Origin: Ignavibacteriales bacterium
GTDB taxonomy: Bacteria > Bacteroidota > Ignavibacteria > Ignavibacteriales > Melioribacteraceae
Assembly (NCBI GenBank): GCA_026390795.1
Contig: JAPLFG010000005.1
Coordinates: 98,200-162,199 of the forward strand
Length of the DNA stretch: 64,000 nt
Direction of reading: 5' to 3'
The position numbers and the translations under genes were made by a program. Shown one piece after another: positions 7,551-16,661 of this stretch. Under the pieces are notes generated by a model. The model searched no databases. It was not told the DNA's origin and saw nothing but the letters and a program-made list of their open reading frames with translations. How positions within the stretch are numbered: position 1 is the stretch's first letter; every line of letters begins with the position of its first letter.

Positions 7551-9284
7551 CTATCCAGATATATATTCATCAGCAGCATTTTTAATGAATTTCGATCTAA
7601 CTTCACCTATATAATTAATAGTCATTAGTTCTTTCCTTGTTGAATGAATGACATCACCAACTGTTTTGAATTTAACTATAATCCTCTTAGCAATCTTTTT
7701 GCTAATTGACATTTCATCAATAGAATCCTCTAGAAGAGTTCCTATTATTGATTTTTCTTCTACTTTTGTCCCACAACTCGGGCAAAATTTTGCGTCGGTT
7801 GGCAATTCCAAATTACAGTTTGAACAATCTTCATTTGTTGATTTAAGAGCGATTAGATATTCATCAATGCTAGGATCGTTTGAAGAAAACTCTCTATAAT
7901 CTGTCAAACTAATCATTCGCATAATATCATTGAGCTTGTTGGTAATAAATGCTTTTTCAGTATAAAGAAGTGCTAGATGAACCATGTATCGTTGCCCGGT
8001 TTGTCTTGAAGCAATTTTTATTGTTCCTTGACGTGTAAGAATTCCAGAATAGCATAATAAGTCTAAAGACAATTTTAAATTTGGAGATACACCTCTTTCA
8101 ATTGTAAAAAAAGCCGATTGATATTTTGTTTTTTTCTCACGTAAATTTTTCTTTTTGATTTCCGGTATAATATAGTCACGTAATAATTTTAAACCGATTT
8201 TTACGTGATGCGCATATTTGGGCAATCTTTTGGATAAACCATTATGATAAGGGAGTAATTCTTCATCAACAAATTCCTGCGTTGCTAATAAAAGTGAGCG
8301 TTCAGAAAATCCTTTTTCATGAACTCGATTAAATAGGTGGAGAAAAGCTCTAGGATTTCCGGAGGACAAATCAATGCAGTTATCAAGTAATTCACCACTG
8401 CTAAATATTTCTTTTTTTAGTTGATTATTATTAGGTATACGATTAGTAAGTAAGTTGCGAAATAATTTTCTCGTATTGAACCGTCCAGCTAAACCAGGTT
8501 CAAACCTACCTAATTCGATTTGAATTGCATCTTGCCCGACTTCGAAGTTTCTACCATATGATGTTATGCTTGGATAAACAGCGGCTTTGACAGCAACTTT
8601 TCCGCCATGAAGAAGTTTGAATATTTCAAAAAATATTTCTTGTTGTTTTGGAATGAAGGTATGAGCAGCTTCATCAAATAGAAATATGAGTCTTTCAATT
8701 TTATATTCTTTTATAATATCCCTTATTATACTATTTATATATGTGATATCGTTTACTTTGTTAATAAACTCTTTTCCTAATTTTGTAATAATTTCTCCGT
8801 GATCTCCCTTCTGAGATAATTGCTGTAATAGATGAATTTTCTCTTGAAGAGTTTCTTTTAATCCTTGTGATCCAACTACATCAAATATTCTCTTAAATGG
8901 ATCAGCAACTGTAGCACTTGATATTAAATCAAGTTCAACAAGTTTTTCGTAAGTAGCTTGCAATATTTTAGCCCCAACCCAGATTTGAAACGCATCATTA
9001 TTTCCAGCTTTAACTCCTTCTAAAAGAGTACTTGTTTTAAAATTTACATAGATGGCTAATATTCTATTGTCATTAAAGCTACTATCTAGACTCACTTCTG
9101 CGGCTTTCATTAACATAGATTTACCAATTCCCCTTGCACCTTGCAAAAGATGAGCTCCGGCTAAGGAAAGCTTATTCACGATTTCTTGTTCAAAATCTCC
9201 AAACACCATTAATTTCATTATTTGCGAATCCTCTAGGTCTTCTGTCCTAGCAGCGTGTAAAAGATCAAGTTCATTACTAGACAT
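7551..9284 (-). CDS. ORC/Cdc6-like (AAA_16/AAA_22-type) P-loop ATPase with C-terminal zinc ribbon and helix-hairpin-helix-like tail
   Basis: 577 aa. Walker A is LQGARGIGKSML and Walker B is RLIFLFDEAAH. CSNC-x10-CPSC zinc ribbon. C-terminal ISKKIAKRIIVKFKTVGDVIHSTRKELMTINYIGEVRSKF resembles an RpoA-CTD-type HhH. 8-nt overlap with the upstream gene. Confidence 0.7.
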   Translation of the reverse strand: MSSNELDLLHAARTEDLEDSQIMKLMVFGDFEQEIVNKLSLAGAHLLQGARGIGKSMLMKAAEVSLDSSFNDNRILAIYVNFKTSTLLEGVKAGNNDAFQIWVGAKILQATYEKLVELDLISSATVADPFKRIFDVVGSQGLKETLQEKIHLLQQLSQKGDHGEIITKLGKEFINKVNDITYINSIIRDIIKEYKIERLIFLFDEAAHTFIPKQQEIFFEIFKLLHGGKVAVKAAVYPSITSYGRNFEVGQDAIQIELGRFEPGLAGRFNTRKLFRNLLTNRIPNNNQLKKEIFSSGELLDNCIDLSSGNPRAFLHLFNRVHEKGFSERSLLLATQEFVDEELLPYHNGLSKRLPKYAHHVKIGLKLLRDYIIPEIKKKNLREKKTKYQSAFFTIERGVSPNLKLSLDLLCYSGILTRQGTIKIASRQTGQRYMVHLALLYTEKAFITNKLNDIMRMISLTDYREFSSNDPSIDEYLIALKSTNEDCSNCNLELPTDAKFCPSCGTKVEEKSIIGTLLEDSIDEMSISKKIAKRIIVKFKTVGDVIHSTRKELMTINYIGEVRSKFIKNAADEYISG

Positions 9285-9981
9285 TATCTACATCTCCGAA
9301 GTATTTTTCAACTGAAGAATAAGCTCTGATTAATTCGGTGCGGCTGTTAAATCTAATCATATACATATGTAAAAGTAGCTGGGCTATTTCAATTACAATA
9401 TCAATTAAGTCATTCCAATCTTTTTCAAGATATGAATATTTTGATTCCAATTCAGTTTCGAATGTTTTAATTTTCCCGTGTACTGTGTCACTTAATTGAC
9501 CATATATTCTATTTGTCTTTTTAGCATCAATTAGCTTTTTGATTTCTAAATAATTGTTTTCCTCTTTAACAAAATGGATAAAACCATCTGCACAAAGGTG
9601 TGAAAGCATTTCAGAGAAACTTAAATCCTTTTCTAAAATGTCCCAAGAGTACAGAAAATGGGGCATATCCCATAAGTATACTACAGCAACACCTAATTCA
9701 AGTGCACGTCTTAAAACAATCATTGCTGGCTTATCTAAAGAATTTGCCGCCAGATAAATACTTATTGACATATCAGCAAAAATTTCATCGAAAATATTAC
9801 AACATCTAATTTGATGTTTTTGTAAATCTCGTTTGCGTAATATCTGTCCTATTTCAGCTATACCTTTAATTAGTGAAAAAGCTTTAGGAAGTTCTTTGTT
9901 GTCAGCTTCCATACTTAAGACAAAATTATTAGAGAATTTCTGATGCAAGCCATTCAATATTTCTTTTGGTTTTTCTTTCAT
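9277..9981 (-). CDS. all-alpha hypothetical protein, weak HEPN/DUF4145-like signature
   Basis: 234 aa. LRRALELGVAVVY followed about 75 residues later by YGQLSDTVHGKI. Translationally coupled to the ATPase gene (overlap 9277-9284). The family assignment is tentative. Confidence 0.6.
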   Translation of the reverse strand: MKEKPKEILNGLHQKFSNNFVLSMEADNKELPKAFSLIKGIAEIGQILRKRDLQKHQIRCCNIFDEIFADMSISIYLAANSLDKPAMIVLRRALELGVAVVYLWDMPHFLYSWDILEKDLSFSEMLSHLCADGFIHFVKEENNYLEIKKLIDAKKTNRIYGQLSDTVHGKIKTFETELESKYSYLEKDWNDLIDIVIEIAQLLLHMYMIRFNSRTELIRAYSSVEKYFGDVDNV

Positions 9982-10001
9982 ATTACCTAAATTATTTTAC
10001 A

Positions 10002-10029
10002 TATAACGGCGTTGCGTTTAAGCGGACGC
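10002..10029 (-). repeat. GC-rich element, copy b (fills the 55-nt gap between the res stop and the 234-aa gene start)
   Basis: See copies a and e. Contains a GGCGT...ACGCC 5-bp stem. Confidence 0.6.
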
Positions 10030-10036
10030 CACTTTA

Positions 10037-12634
10037 TTATAAAACAGTTAACTCATTCATCAAACTTGATCTCCAATTTTCATATCTGTTTTCTCTAAGT
10101 GCCTGGAAAAATTCTGTTATATCTTCCGGAGAAAGAAAATAGAAATAATATTTCCATCCTTTTTTTTCAGTGGACAATAATTCACTAAGTTTTTCAAAAT
10201 GAGCTTTCCCATCACGATATTTCGCTCTATTCTTCTGGGAAGAATCTCCATCAGCTTTTATCTCAACGACCAATATTTCGTTTTTGTCTTTTAACTTAAA
10301 AAAGAAATCGGGATTGAAGTTTTCCCTTTTCACATGTGAACTTCCATCATCTGTTGGTTTGTATGAGTATGGGAAGTAATAGAAATTTTTATCGGGTGAT
10401 TTTATAAAGCAATCTATCTTTTCGATGTTGTTGAAAATAGATGTTGTGAATTTGTATTCCGGTGTTGATGAAACATAAATTAAATTAAGGGGTGTTTTGA
10501 AGATTTCTTCTTTTTGCTCAATAAGATTTTCTCTCAGATATTTTATCTCATCTTCACTTCTACCAGCTAATCTTACTATAGTATCTCTAACACGATCATA
10601 ATTTTGCTTGTCATATAAGAATTGATTAAAAAGAGTTTTCTGTTCTGATGAAAGTGATTTCGGTGAAGATTTAGTGTAAAATACTTTACTATTTGTCTTA
10701 ATGCTATTTTCGCTAAATGATTGTGCAGCCATCTCCTCAATTTTAATTTCTCTCAATGCTTTCGGCACCATTTTCATTCGTGCTGCAACTTTGCCAAGTT
10801 CTCGGAACATCGGACCGAAAGCTTGTTTGGCTGTACCAAGATTTTCGCGGGTTATGAATGATGAATCGTATCCCTTGCTTTCTAAATTAGATTTAAGCAA
10901 TTCTTGAATTTTTTTCAGTGTCCATTTTTTTGAAAGAGTTTCGTCCTTTGCTTTTAGGAACAGCTTAATTTCTTTTGAAGCTTCTTCAATAGTAATAGCA
11001 TCTTTCATTTCTACTGAGAATTTGAATAACCCGGTTTCAGAATATTTGCTCGTTTCATCCCAAGTTTTGCTTTGCGGGTTAAATTTTATTTCCGAAGGTT
11101 CTGAAGCGGTTTCTCTTTTTGCTTCTGTTGTATCTTGTTCTGATGAATATTCTAAATTATATAATGGAGAAAGATATTGCTTTCGGTTTGAGTCATAACC
11201 CCAATTTATTCTGTTTTCAATTTCTAAAACTTCGTTGTAAAGATTACGTATTTCATCTGTCCAACTTTCATGATTATTTATTTTTACATAAATGGGTTGC
11301 GTTAAGCCGGGAGGAACTCTCAAGCCTCTGCCAAGAACTTGTGATATAAGAAGTTTTGAATTAAATGCTCTTTGCTCGTGTGGTACAATTTGAAAAACAT
11401 TTTTAACGTCCCATCCTTCTGTAAGCATAGAAACGGAAATTATCCATTCAACCGGATTATCTGGTTCGTCAACTGTTTTTAGTATAGCAAGGTTTTCTTT
11501 TCTTACTTTTTCTGGTTGAGAAATTATTGATTCAATCTCGGTTTTTTCTCTTTCATTAGAAGGAATGCCGGAAGTAACCCAAATTGCTTTTGTTGCAGCT
11601 TCTTCATAAGAAATCTTTTCTTTATCTGAAATAAATTTTACGAGTTCATCCCATACTTTTATACAAGAATGAATCTTCTCCGTAATTATAATTGTGATTG
11701 GTTTTAGCTTACCGGCATATTTTTTTTGATTTTCTATGTGATTAGCATAAGTCTCTGAAAATCCTTTTTCCTTCTGCGATTCTTCTTCAACTTTATAATC
11801 AATCTTTTTAATTATACCGTCTTCCATAGCTTGCTTTAAACTATAACGGTAAATTACATCGAAGAAGTAATCATTGTTTATATAAGGAGTGCCGGACAGA
11901 CCAAGCAGATAATAAAAATTATATTCGGGATCGGTTAAAAACTCAAACCATTTTTTTACTGCTGAATCTGCTTCGCTGTAAATATGATGAGCTTCATCAC
12001 TTATTACGAGTGTTCTTCTTCCTTTTCCTTTGAAGCTGTCCGAGATGGATGATCCGGTTCTTTGATATGCGGCGTGAATATTTTCGATGCAAATATCGCC
12101 TTCCAAAATCGGAACGTTTGCGTTTTTTATTGCGGGTGAAGGATAGGGTGAATTTAACTCTTGTAATATTTTAGTAAGAACTTGATCTCCGCTGAACAAT
12201 TCAAATTTCTTTTTTAATTCTTCTTCAATTGTAAGTGAAGGGCACAAAACTAATACTTTATCAACAAGCCCTTCTGAAAGCATAATTACAGCAACCGAGT
12301 AAATCACCCAGCTTTTACCAGTTCCTGTTGCTAAATCTATGCTGAATGATTTTTTGTCTCTTATCTTAAATTTGTTCAGGTAATCATCAATGCTGCTGAA
12401 ATGAATTTTAAGATTTTCAGAATCAGCATAAGTATATCTTGAGGCATCTTCGGTATTCTTAAAATCATTTGAAAGAAAATATGCGAAAGCTGTTCGTGCG
12501 GCTTCCCTTAGATGTTCAAAATTATTCGTCGTAAGGGCATCCAGAAAAGAGTCATACTTGTAAACAAGCAGATTATTTTTTTCTTCTTCCTTTAACTTTA
12601 GAATTAGATCTTCGTTTTTGAATTGTAGGGGCAT
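10037..12634 (-). CDS. res: Type III restriction enzyme Res subunit (SF2 DEAH helicase plus C-terminal PD-(D/E)xK nuclease)
   Basis: 865 aa. Motif I DLATGTGKSWV, motif II VISDEAHH, motif III GLSGTP. C-terminal FNPDFFF...ILVVEIKADGD nuclease motif. Lies directly downstream of mod. Confidence 0.85.
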   Translation of the reverse strand: MPLQFKNEDLILKLKEEEKNNLLVYKYDSFLDALTTNNFEHLREAARTAFAYFLSNDFKNTEDASRYTYADSENLKIHFSSIDDYLNKFKIRDKKSFSIDLATGTGKSWVIYSVAVIMLSEGLVDKVLVLCPSLTIEEELKKKFELFSGDQVLTKILQELNSPYPSPAIKNANVPILEGDICIENIHAAYQRTGSSISDSFKGKGRRTLVISDEAHHIYSEADSAVKKWFEFLTDPEYNFYYLLGLSGTPYINNDYFFDVIYRYSLKQAMEDGIIKKIDYKVEEESQKEKGFSETYANHIENQKKYAGKLKPITIIITEKIHSCIKVWDELVKFISDKEKISYEEAATKAIWVTSGIPSNEREKTEIESIISQPEKVRKENLAILKTVDEPDNPVEWIISVSMLTEGWDVKNVFQIVPHEQRAFNSKLLISQVLGRGLRVPPGLTQPIYVKINNHESWTDEIRNLYNEVLEIENRINWGYDSNRKQYLSPLYNLEYSSEQDTTEAKRETASEPSEIKFNPQSKTWDETSKYSETGLFKFSVEMKDAITIEEASKEIKLFLKAKDETLSKKWTLKKIQELLKSNLESKGYDSSFITRENLGTAKQAFGPMFRELGKVAARMKMVPKALREIKIEEMAAQSFSENSIKTNSKVFYTKSSPKSLSSEQKTLFNQFLYDKQNYDRVRDTIVRLAGRSEDEIKYLRENLIEQKEEIFKTPLNLIYVSSTPEYKFTTSIFNNIEKIDCFIKSPDKNFYYFPYSYKPTDDGSSHVKRENFNPDFFFKLKDKNEILVVEIKADGDSSQKNRAKYRDGKAHFEKLSELLSTEKKGWKYYFYFLSPEDITEFFQALRENRYENWRSSLMNELTVL

Positions 12635-15032
12635 TGAAGTCCTTTTGAGTTTTTACAATTTTCAGTTCGTTACCGTATTTATCAAGATATATTACCATCA
12701 TTTTATTTCCGGTAAATGAATCTTGCGGAATTCTAATTTCTGCTTTGGTTTTATTTACTGCAGTTATTTTATCCGACCAGAATACTTGTGAGAGATTGAA
12801 ATAATCATCGTTGTAATTAGTGTCAAGCATTACCATAGAAAGCGTTTCAAAGTTTTCAAAATCTTCCGGGTCGTAAACGAGAGTATTGGATTTAAACTCG
12901 TTTATTTCTATTACAAAATCTTTCTTACCTTGATCTTCAAGAGTAGCATTAAGAGGTTCGTCTCTATAATATTTAGCTTGTACAACAGGCTGAGAAATAA
13001 AATCATAGCCAACTGCGTCAATTACTTCGTTTACATCATTTTCGCTTGTTGGCTGTTTCAAGCTTCCAGCTTCTCCTCTTTCAATTAAAGCTCTTAAGAC
13101 AGAGAGTGGTACTTTTAGGAAAACGTAACTTGTGTTTTCTATTTTGATTTCATCTTCCATAAACGACATTGCTGTAACTGGAGCAACAACATAAAATTTA
13201 TCACCAGCTTTTCCGCCAAGCACTGTATGCAGTGTAGAAACATATTCTCTGTCAATTATCAGATTTTTCTGTTCGGGGTAATTCCATACAAAAGCGGAAA
13301 ATGTTCCTATGTAACCATCAGCAATAAAACCGTGTATCTTGTGTTCTTCCGGGCGTAAGCTGAAAAGTTGTGAAACGAATGGTTTGTAAGTCTGCCAGTC
13401 TAGATTTAGAATTTCGTTGTTATCATAAATACCAGCGTTGTAAAGTGTAAACTCTTTTGCTTTAAGCGGTTTTTCTTTATCTGGTTTTACTTTGGGCTGA
13501 ATGAAGGAAATAAGGAAATTAACTCTGCCAATTTTTATAGTTGCTTCGCCGGCTGAACCTTCTTCATTTTCCGCAACTTCTAAATCTTTTACTTTGAACT
13601 TATCTTCGGGAATACAAAGTGAAAAGTTTTCTTCTGAACTTCCGCTTAAATTTTCTTCGATAAACTCAGCAAGATTTTTTAAGAATGAATCGGTAATTAA
13701 CAAATCACCTTTTCTTGCTTTTTCCGTTATAAAAAATAAACCACGTGAGTCTTTAAGATGTTCATCAAAGTTATCAATCCTTTCGTATTCATTCTTTTTA
13801 TCATTTTTTGACCCACCAATCTTAGTAGATAGATTAAGCATCCTTTTCTGTATAGTGTAGATTGACAATTTTCCACAATCTATCGCAATCCATTTCCTAT
13901 TAAGTTTTTCTGCTACAGCCGATACTGTGCCGCTACCAGCAAATACGTCAATGACTATATCATTTTTGTTTGAAGAAGAAGAAATTATTCTTCTTAATAA
14001 ATCTTCTGGTTTTTGAGTAGGATAATGAATTCGTTCCGCAGCTTGTGAATTTGTAGGGAATATATCAGTCCAACTTGATTGTATAGGAATTCCTTTCATT
14101 TCAACAAAATATTTTTTGACGCGTATACCACCTTTTGAAGTAAAATATAATTTATTTGCTTCTTCAAGTTTTTTCATTGTTGTAAGCGGACATCTCCAGT
14201 AACCTTGAATTCCTTTATATGAATAATGATAACCACGACCTTTTAGTCCTTTAGCGGTTAGTGGACTATCCGTCCATCTTCGTCCATCATCATCATAATG
14301 ACTGAAACGTAGGATGTATTCTTCTGAATAATTTTCATATTGTTGATTCCATGTATAAACTTCATTTTTTGTATAAAAATAAATATGATCTGTATTTGCC
14401 CCATATCTGCCAGAATCACTATGTGCGCTTGTTCTTTTCCAAGCGATTGAATTTTTAAAATTATTTTCCCCAAACACTTCATCAATAATTGTCTTTATAT
14501 AATGTCCTTTCTTTTCGTCAAGATGGACATAAATAGAGCCATCATCAGCTAATATTTCGTTCAGAAGTATAAGGCGTTTGCGTAAAAACTCAATAAACTG
14601 CGCACCTATAATTTTATCTCGGTAAGCTTTCTCGCGGTCTTTCATAAAATCTTGCTTTGTAGCAAAAGGAGGGTCTATGTAAATAAGTTTTATTTTGTTT
14701 TTGGTTTTATACTTGTTTTCACCACGCTGGTCTTCATAAATAGTTTTTAGTGCAAGCAAGTTATCACCAAAGATTAACATATTCTGCCAGCCGTCATTAA
14801 ACTTATTATCACTGTTAAAAGAACGCACTTTTTGGAAAGGTGCAGCAAGAGTGTTGGCAATAATTTTTTCTTTAGGTTCTTTGCCTTTATAGATGAGCTT
14901 ATAATCTTTTGTTACTTCTACAAACTCGCTGTCACCGCTGTCAAATAACTTGGATTTATAATAGGAAGGTATTGTTTTCCCTTGCTGAATTAGCTCTATA
15001 AGTTTTTGTTTATCTTGTTCGATAAGTTTCAA
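12573..15032 (-). CDS. mod: Type III-like DNA methyltransferase Mod (beta-class N6A/N4C MTase) with a long C-terminal extension
   Basis: 819 aa. Motif IV IYIDPPFATK lies about 250 residues before motif I DVFAGSGTVSAVAEKL (beta-class order). About 440 further residues carry no motif I recognise. Confidence 0.8.
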   Translation of the reverse strand: MKLIEQDKQKLIELIQQGKTIPSYYKSKLFDSGDSEFVEVTKDYKLIYKGKEPKEKIIANTLAAPFQKVRSFNSDNKFNDGWQNMLIFGDNLLALKTIYEDQRGENKYKTKNKIKLIYIDPPFATKQDFMKDREKAYRDKIIGAQFIEFLRKRLILLNEILADDGSIYVHLDEKKGHYIKTIIDEVFGENNFKNSIAWKRTSAHSDSGRYGANTDHIYFYTKNEVYTWNQQYENYSEEYILRFSHYDDDGRRWTDSPLTAKGLKGRGYHYSYKGIQGYWRCPLTTMKKLEEANKLYFTSKGGIRVKKYFVEMKGIPIQSSWTDIFPTNSQAAERIHYPTQKPEDLLRRIISSSSNKNDIVIDVFAGSGTVSAVAEKLNRKWIAIDCGKLSIYTIQKRMLNLSTKIGGSKNDKKNEYERIDNFDEHLKDSRGLFFITEKARKGDLLITDSFLKNLAEFIEENLSGSSEENFSLCIPEDKFKVKDLEVAENEEGSAGEATIKIGRVNFLISFIQPKVKPDKEKPLKAKEFTLYNAGIYDNNEILNLDWQTYKPFVSQLFSLRPEEHKIHGFIADGYIGTFSAFVWNYPEQKNLIIDREYVSTLHTVLGGKAGDKFYVVAPVTAMSFMEDEIKIENTSYVFLKVPLSVLRALIERGEAGSLKQPTSENDVNEVIDAVGYDFISQPVVQAKYYRDEPLNATLEDQGKKDFVIEINEFKSNTLVYDPEDFENFETLSMVMLDTNYNDDYFNLSQVFWSDKITAVNKTKAEIRIPQDSFTGNKMMVIYLDKYGNELKIVKTQKDFNAPTIQKRRSNSKVKGRRKK

Positions 15033-15289
15033 AAATTCTCCATAAATAAATCAAAAGGTTTTTTAAATTAATTATAATTTCAACAATGTCATTTGTGTTA
15101 TAATTCACATTTATTTTGAGCCAGATACATATTAACGACAGAATTTGGGAATAGCGACATGAACCCACCGAATGTTAAATTAAATTTAGCGTAAATCTAA
15201 ATTATATTCTATGAAATTGTGAGATAACCGTGAATCAAGAATTTATATGAATGGAGATTAAGTTAAGATTTGTATGTAAAATAAGGCTT

Positions 15290-15336
15290 TTTTAAAACCA
15301 AGCAGCCGTTGAAAGTACAAACCAACGGCTTCTTTT
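15290..15336 (-). terminator. bidirectional-looking hairpin terminator after the 101-aa gene
   Basis: AGCCGTTG (15304-15311) pairs with CAACGGCT (15323-15330), an 8-bp stem. TCTTTT follows on plus and GCTTGGTTTTAAAA on minus. Confidence 0.55.
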
Positions 15337-15359
15337 ACTCATACTTCACTACGCAAAGA

Positions 15360-15665
15360 CTACTTGTTCATCAGCTTACTGTTTTTTTCTAGATAACTAG
15401 AATAGACAGTACGACGTGTGTCGAATTTAGCTTGAAGATTTTTAATCCCAGCTTCCAAAGATTCTTGCCTTAATCCTAAAGCAACTTTTTTGGCTGAAAA
15501 TTGTGGATCATCACCAAACTTAGCAAGTTCGCCATTAACCGAAGTTAACGCGTTTAATGATTTCTGTAGCTTTTCCGCCAAACCAATAGTCTGACGCTTT
15601 ACATTAGTGATTCGTCCTCGAGAAATACGTCTCTCTGGTGTCGAAGAGTTTGTACTTGAACCCAT
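15360..15665 (-). CDS. small basic coiled-coil hypothetical protein
   Basis: 101-aa ORF with Arg/Lys-rich N-terminus (ERRISRGRITNVKRQ) and a helical remainder. Has its own terminator hairpin. Confidence 0.5.
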   Translation of the reverse strand: MGSSTNSSTPERRISRGRITNVKRQTIGLAEKLQKSLNALTSVNGELAKFGDDPQFSAKKVALGLRQESLEAGIKNLQAKFDTRRTVYSSYLEKNSKLMNK

Positions 15666-15820
15666 GTTGGGCTCCTTTCATTATTTGTAAAAAAGTGCCT
15701 ATACCAGGCACACTTGGTTTCCCGTCATCCCTTTAGGGAATGGAGTAGGAAAATTCCACTCGAAAATTAAGTTGATCAATAGTTAATATCCAGTTTTTCG
15801 AATTCATTTATTCTTGCTCA

Positions 15821-15851
15821 CCATAACTCATTTCATTTGCAATAGTTATGG
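15821..15851. promoter_or_regulatory. 8-bp inverted repeat in a divergent control region (possible operator)
   Basis: CCATAACT (15821-15828) and AGTTATGG (15844-15851), between the divergent genes starting at 15665 (-) and 15990/16107 (+). Confidence 0.3.
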
Positions 15852-16106
15852 CATTTGCTAAAAGCGAGTTAAGAAAAGTTAAGCCTTAGCTAACACTAAC
15901 TAGCAGTTTTTATTATCTAGAATTTTTTGATATAAGAAGTATGTGCGGTTCTAATCCGCAGATCTAAATACTAACCAAAGGTATATCATATGAATGAAAC
16001 AGTAGAAAAAATACTTAACACAGTCGTTAAAGTAATTGTATGGATCATTTCCAATCTTGGTGGAAGTTCCGGCGAATCAACTTCAAAGAAGAAGTAGGAG
16101 GAAATC

Positions 16107-16661
16107 ATGGAAAACAATTTTCTAGATGAACTGCTTCTAGAAGTTGAAGCTAAAGAACAGCAAATGGAATTATCTCACGTTGATCTGGTCTTAAAAGAAA
16201 TATCATCTCTTAATTCAGATATTTCCAAAATACTTTCGCAATTAGAGGAAGAACGTCAGATAATATCTGACTGGGCATTAAAACGTAGTTCAAAATTAAA
16301 CGAACGTGCGGAATGGTTGACAAAAAAACTCGAAGCATTTATGAATGAACAAGAGCCGGGCGTACGGACAATTGACCTTGCACATGGTCAACTATTGCGG
16401 CGGAAGCAAGTTGAAAAAATTGTTGTGGAGGATCTTGAACAGTTCCTGCAGAATAACAATTTGTCGGATCTAACAACAACGTCACCAGAAGTTGTTAAAC
16501 CGGATCTCACAAAGATTAAACAATATTACAAAATGACAAAGAAGATCCCACTTGGAACTTCTCTTGTCGAATCAACAGACAAATTTTCAATCAAACTAAA
16601 AGGAGGCGTTAATGGAACGTCAAAAAATGGAACTGGAAGTGAACAAGCCGACGAAGATTAA
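16107..16661 (+). CDS. Mu Gam-like host-nuclease inhibitor family protein
   Basis: 184 aa with a coiled-coil N-terminal half, then VRTIDLAHGQLLRRKQVEKIVVEDLEQFLQ, matching the Gam-family layout. Strong RBS AGGAGGA 5 nt upstream. Confidence 0.6.
   Translation: MENNFLDELLLEVEAKEQQMELSHVDLVLKEISSLNSDISKILSQLEEERQIISDWALKRSSKLNERAEWLTKKLEAFMNEQEPGVRTIDLAHGQLLRRKQVEKIVVEDLEQFLQNNNLSDLTTTSPEVVKPDLTKIKQYYKMTKKIPLGTSLVESTDKFSIKLKGGVNGTSKNGTGSEQADED

Noticed and set aside
7362-10029. Integron attC interpretation of the recurring element
   Set aside because: There is no intI-type integrase adjacent. The ends (ACTAAC / TATAAC and GTTATA) do not fit the RYYYAAC / GTTRRRY core sites, and the genes are not promoterless single-ORF cassettes in an array.
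12573-12634. The 62-nt mod/res overlap as a programmed frameshift or fusion signal
   Set aside because: I could see no slippery heptamer or downstream structure. An ordinary overlap or a later res start is the simpler explanation.
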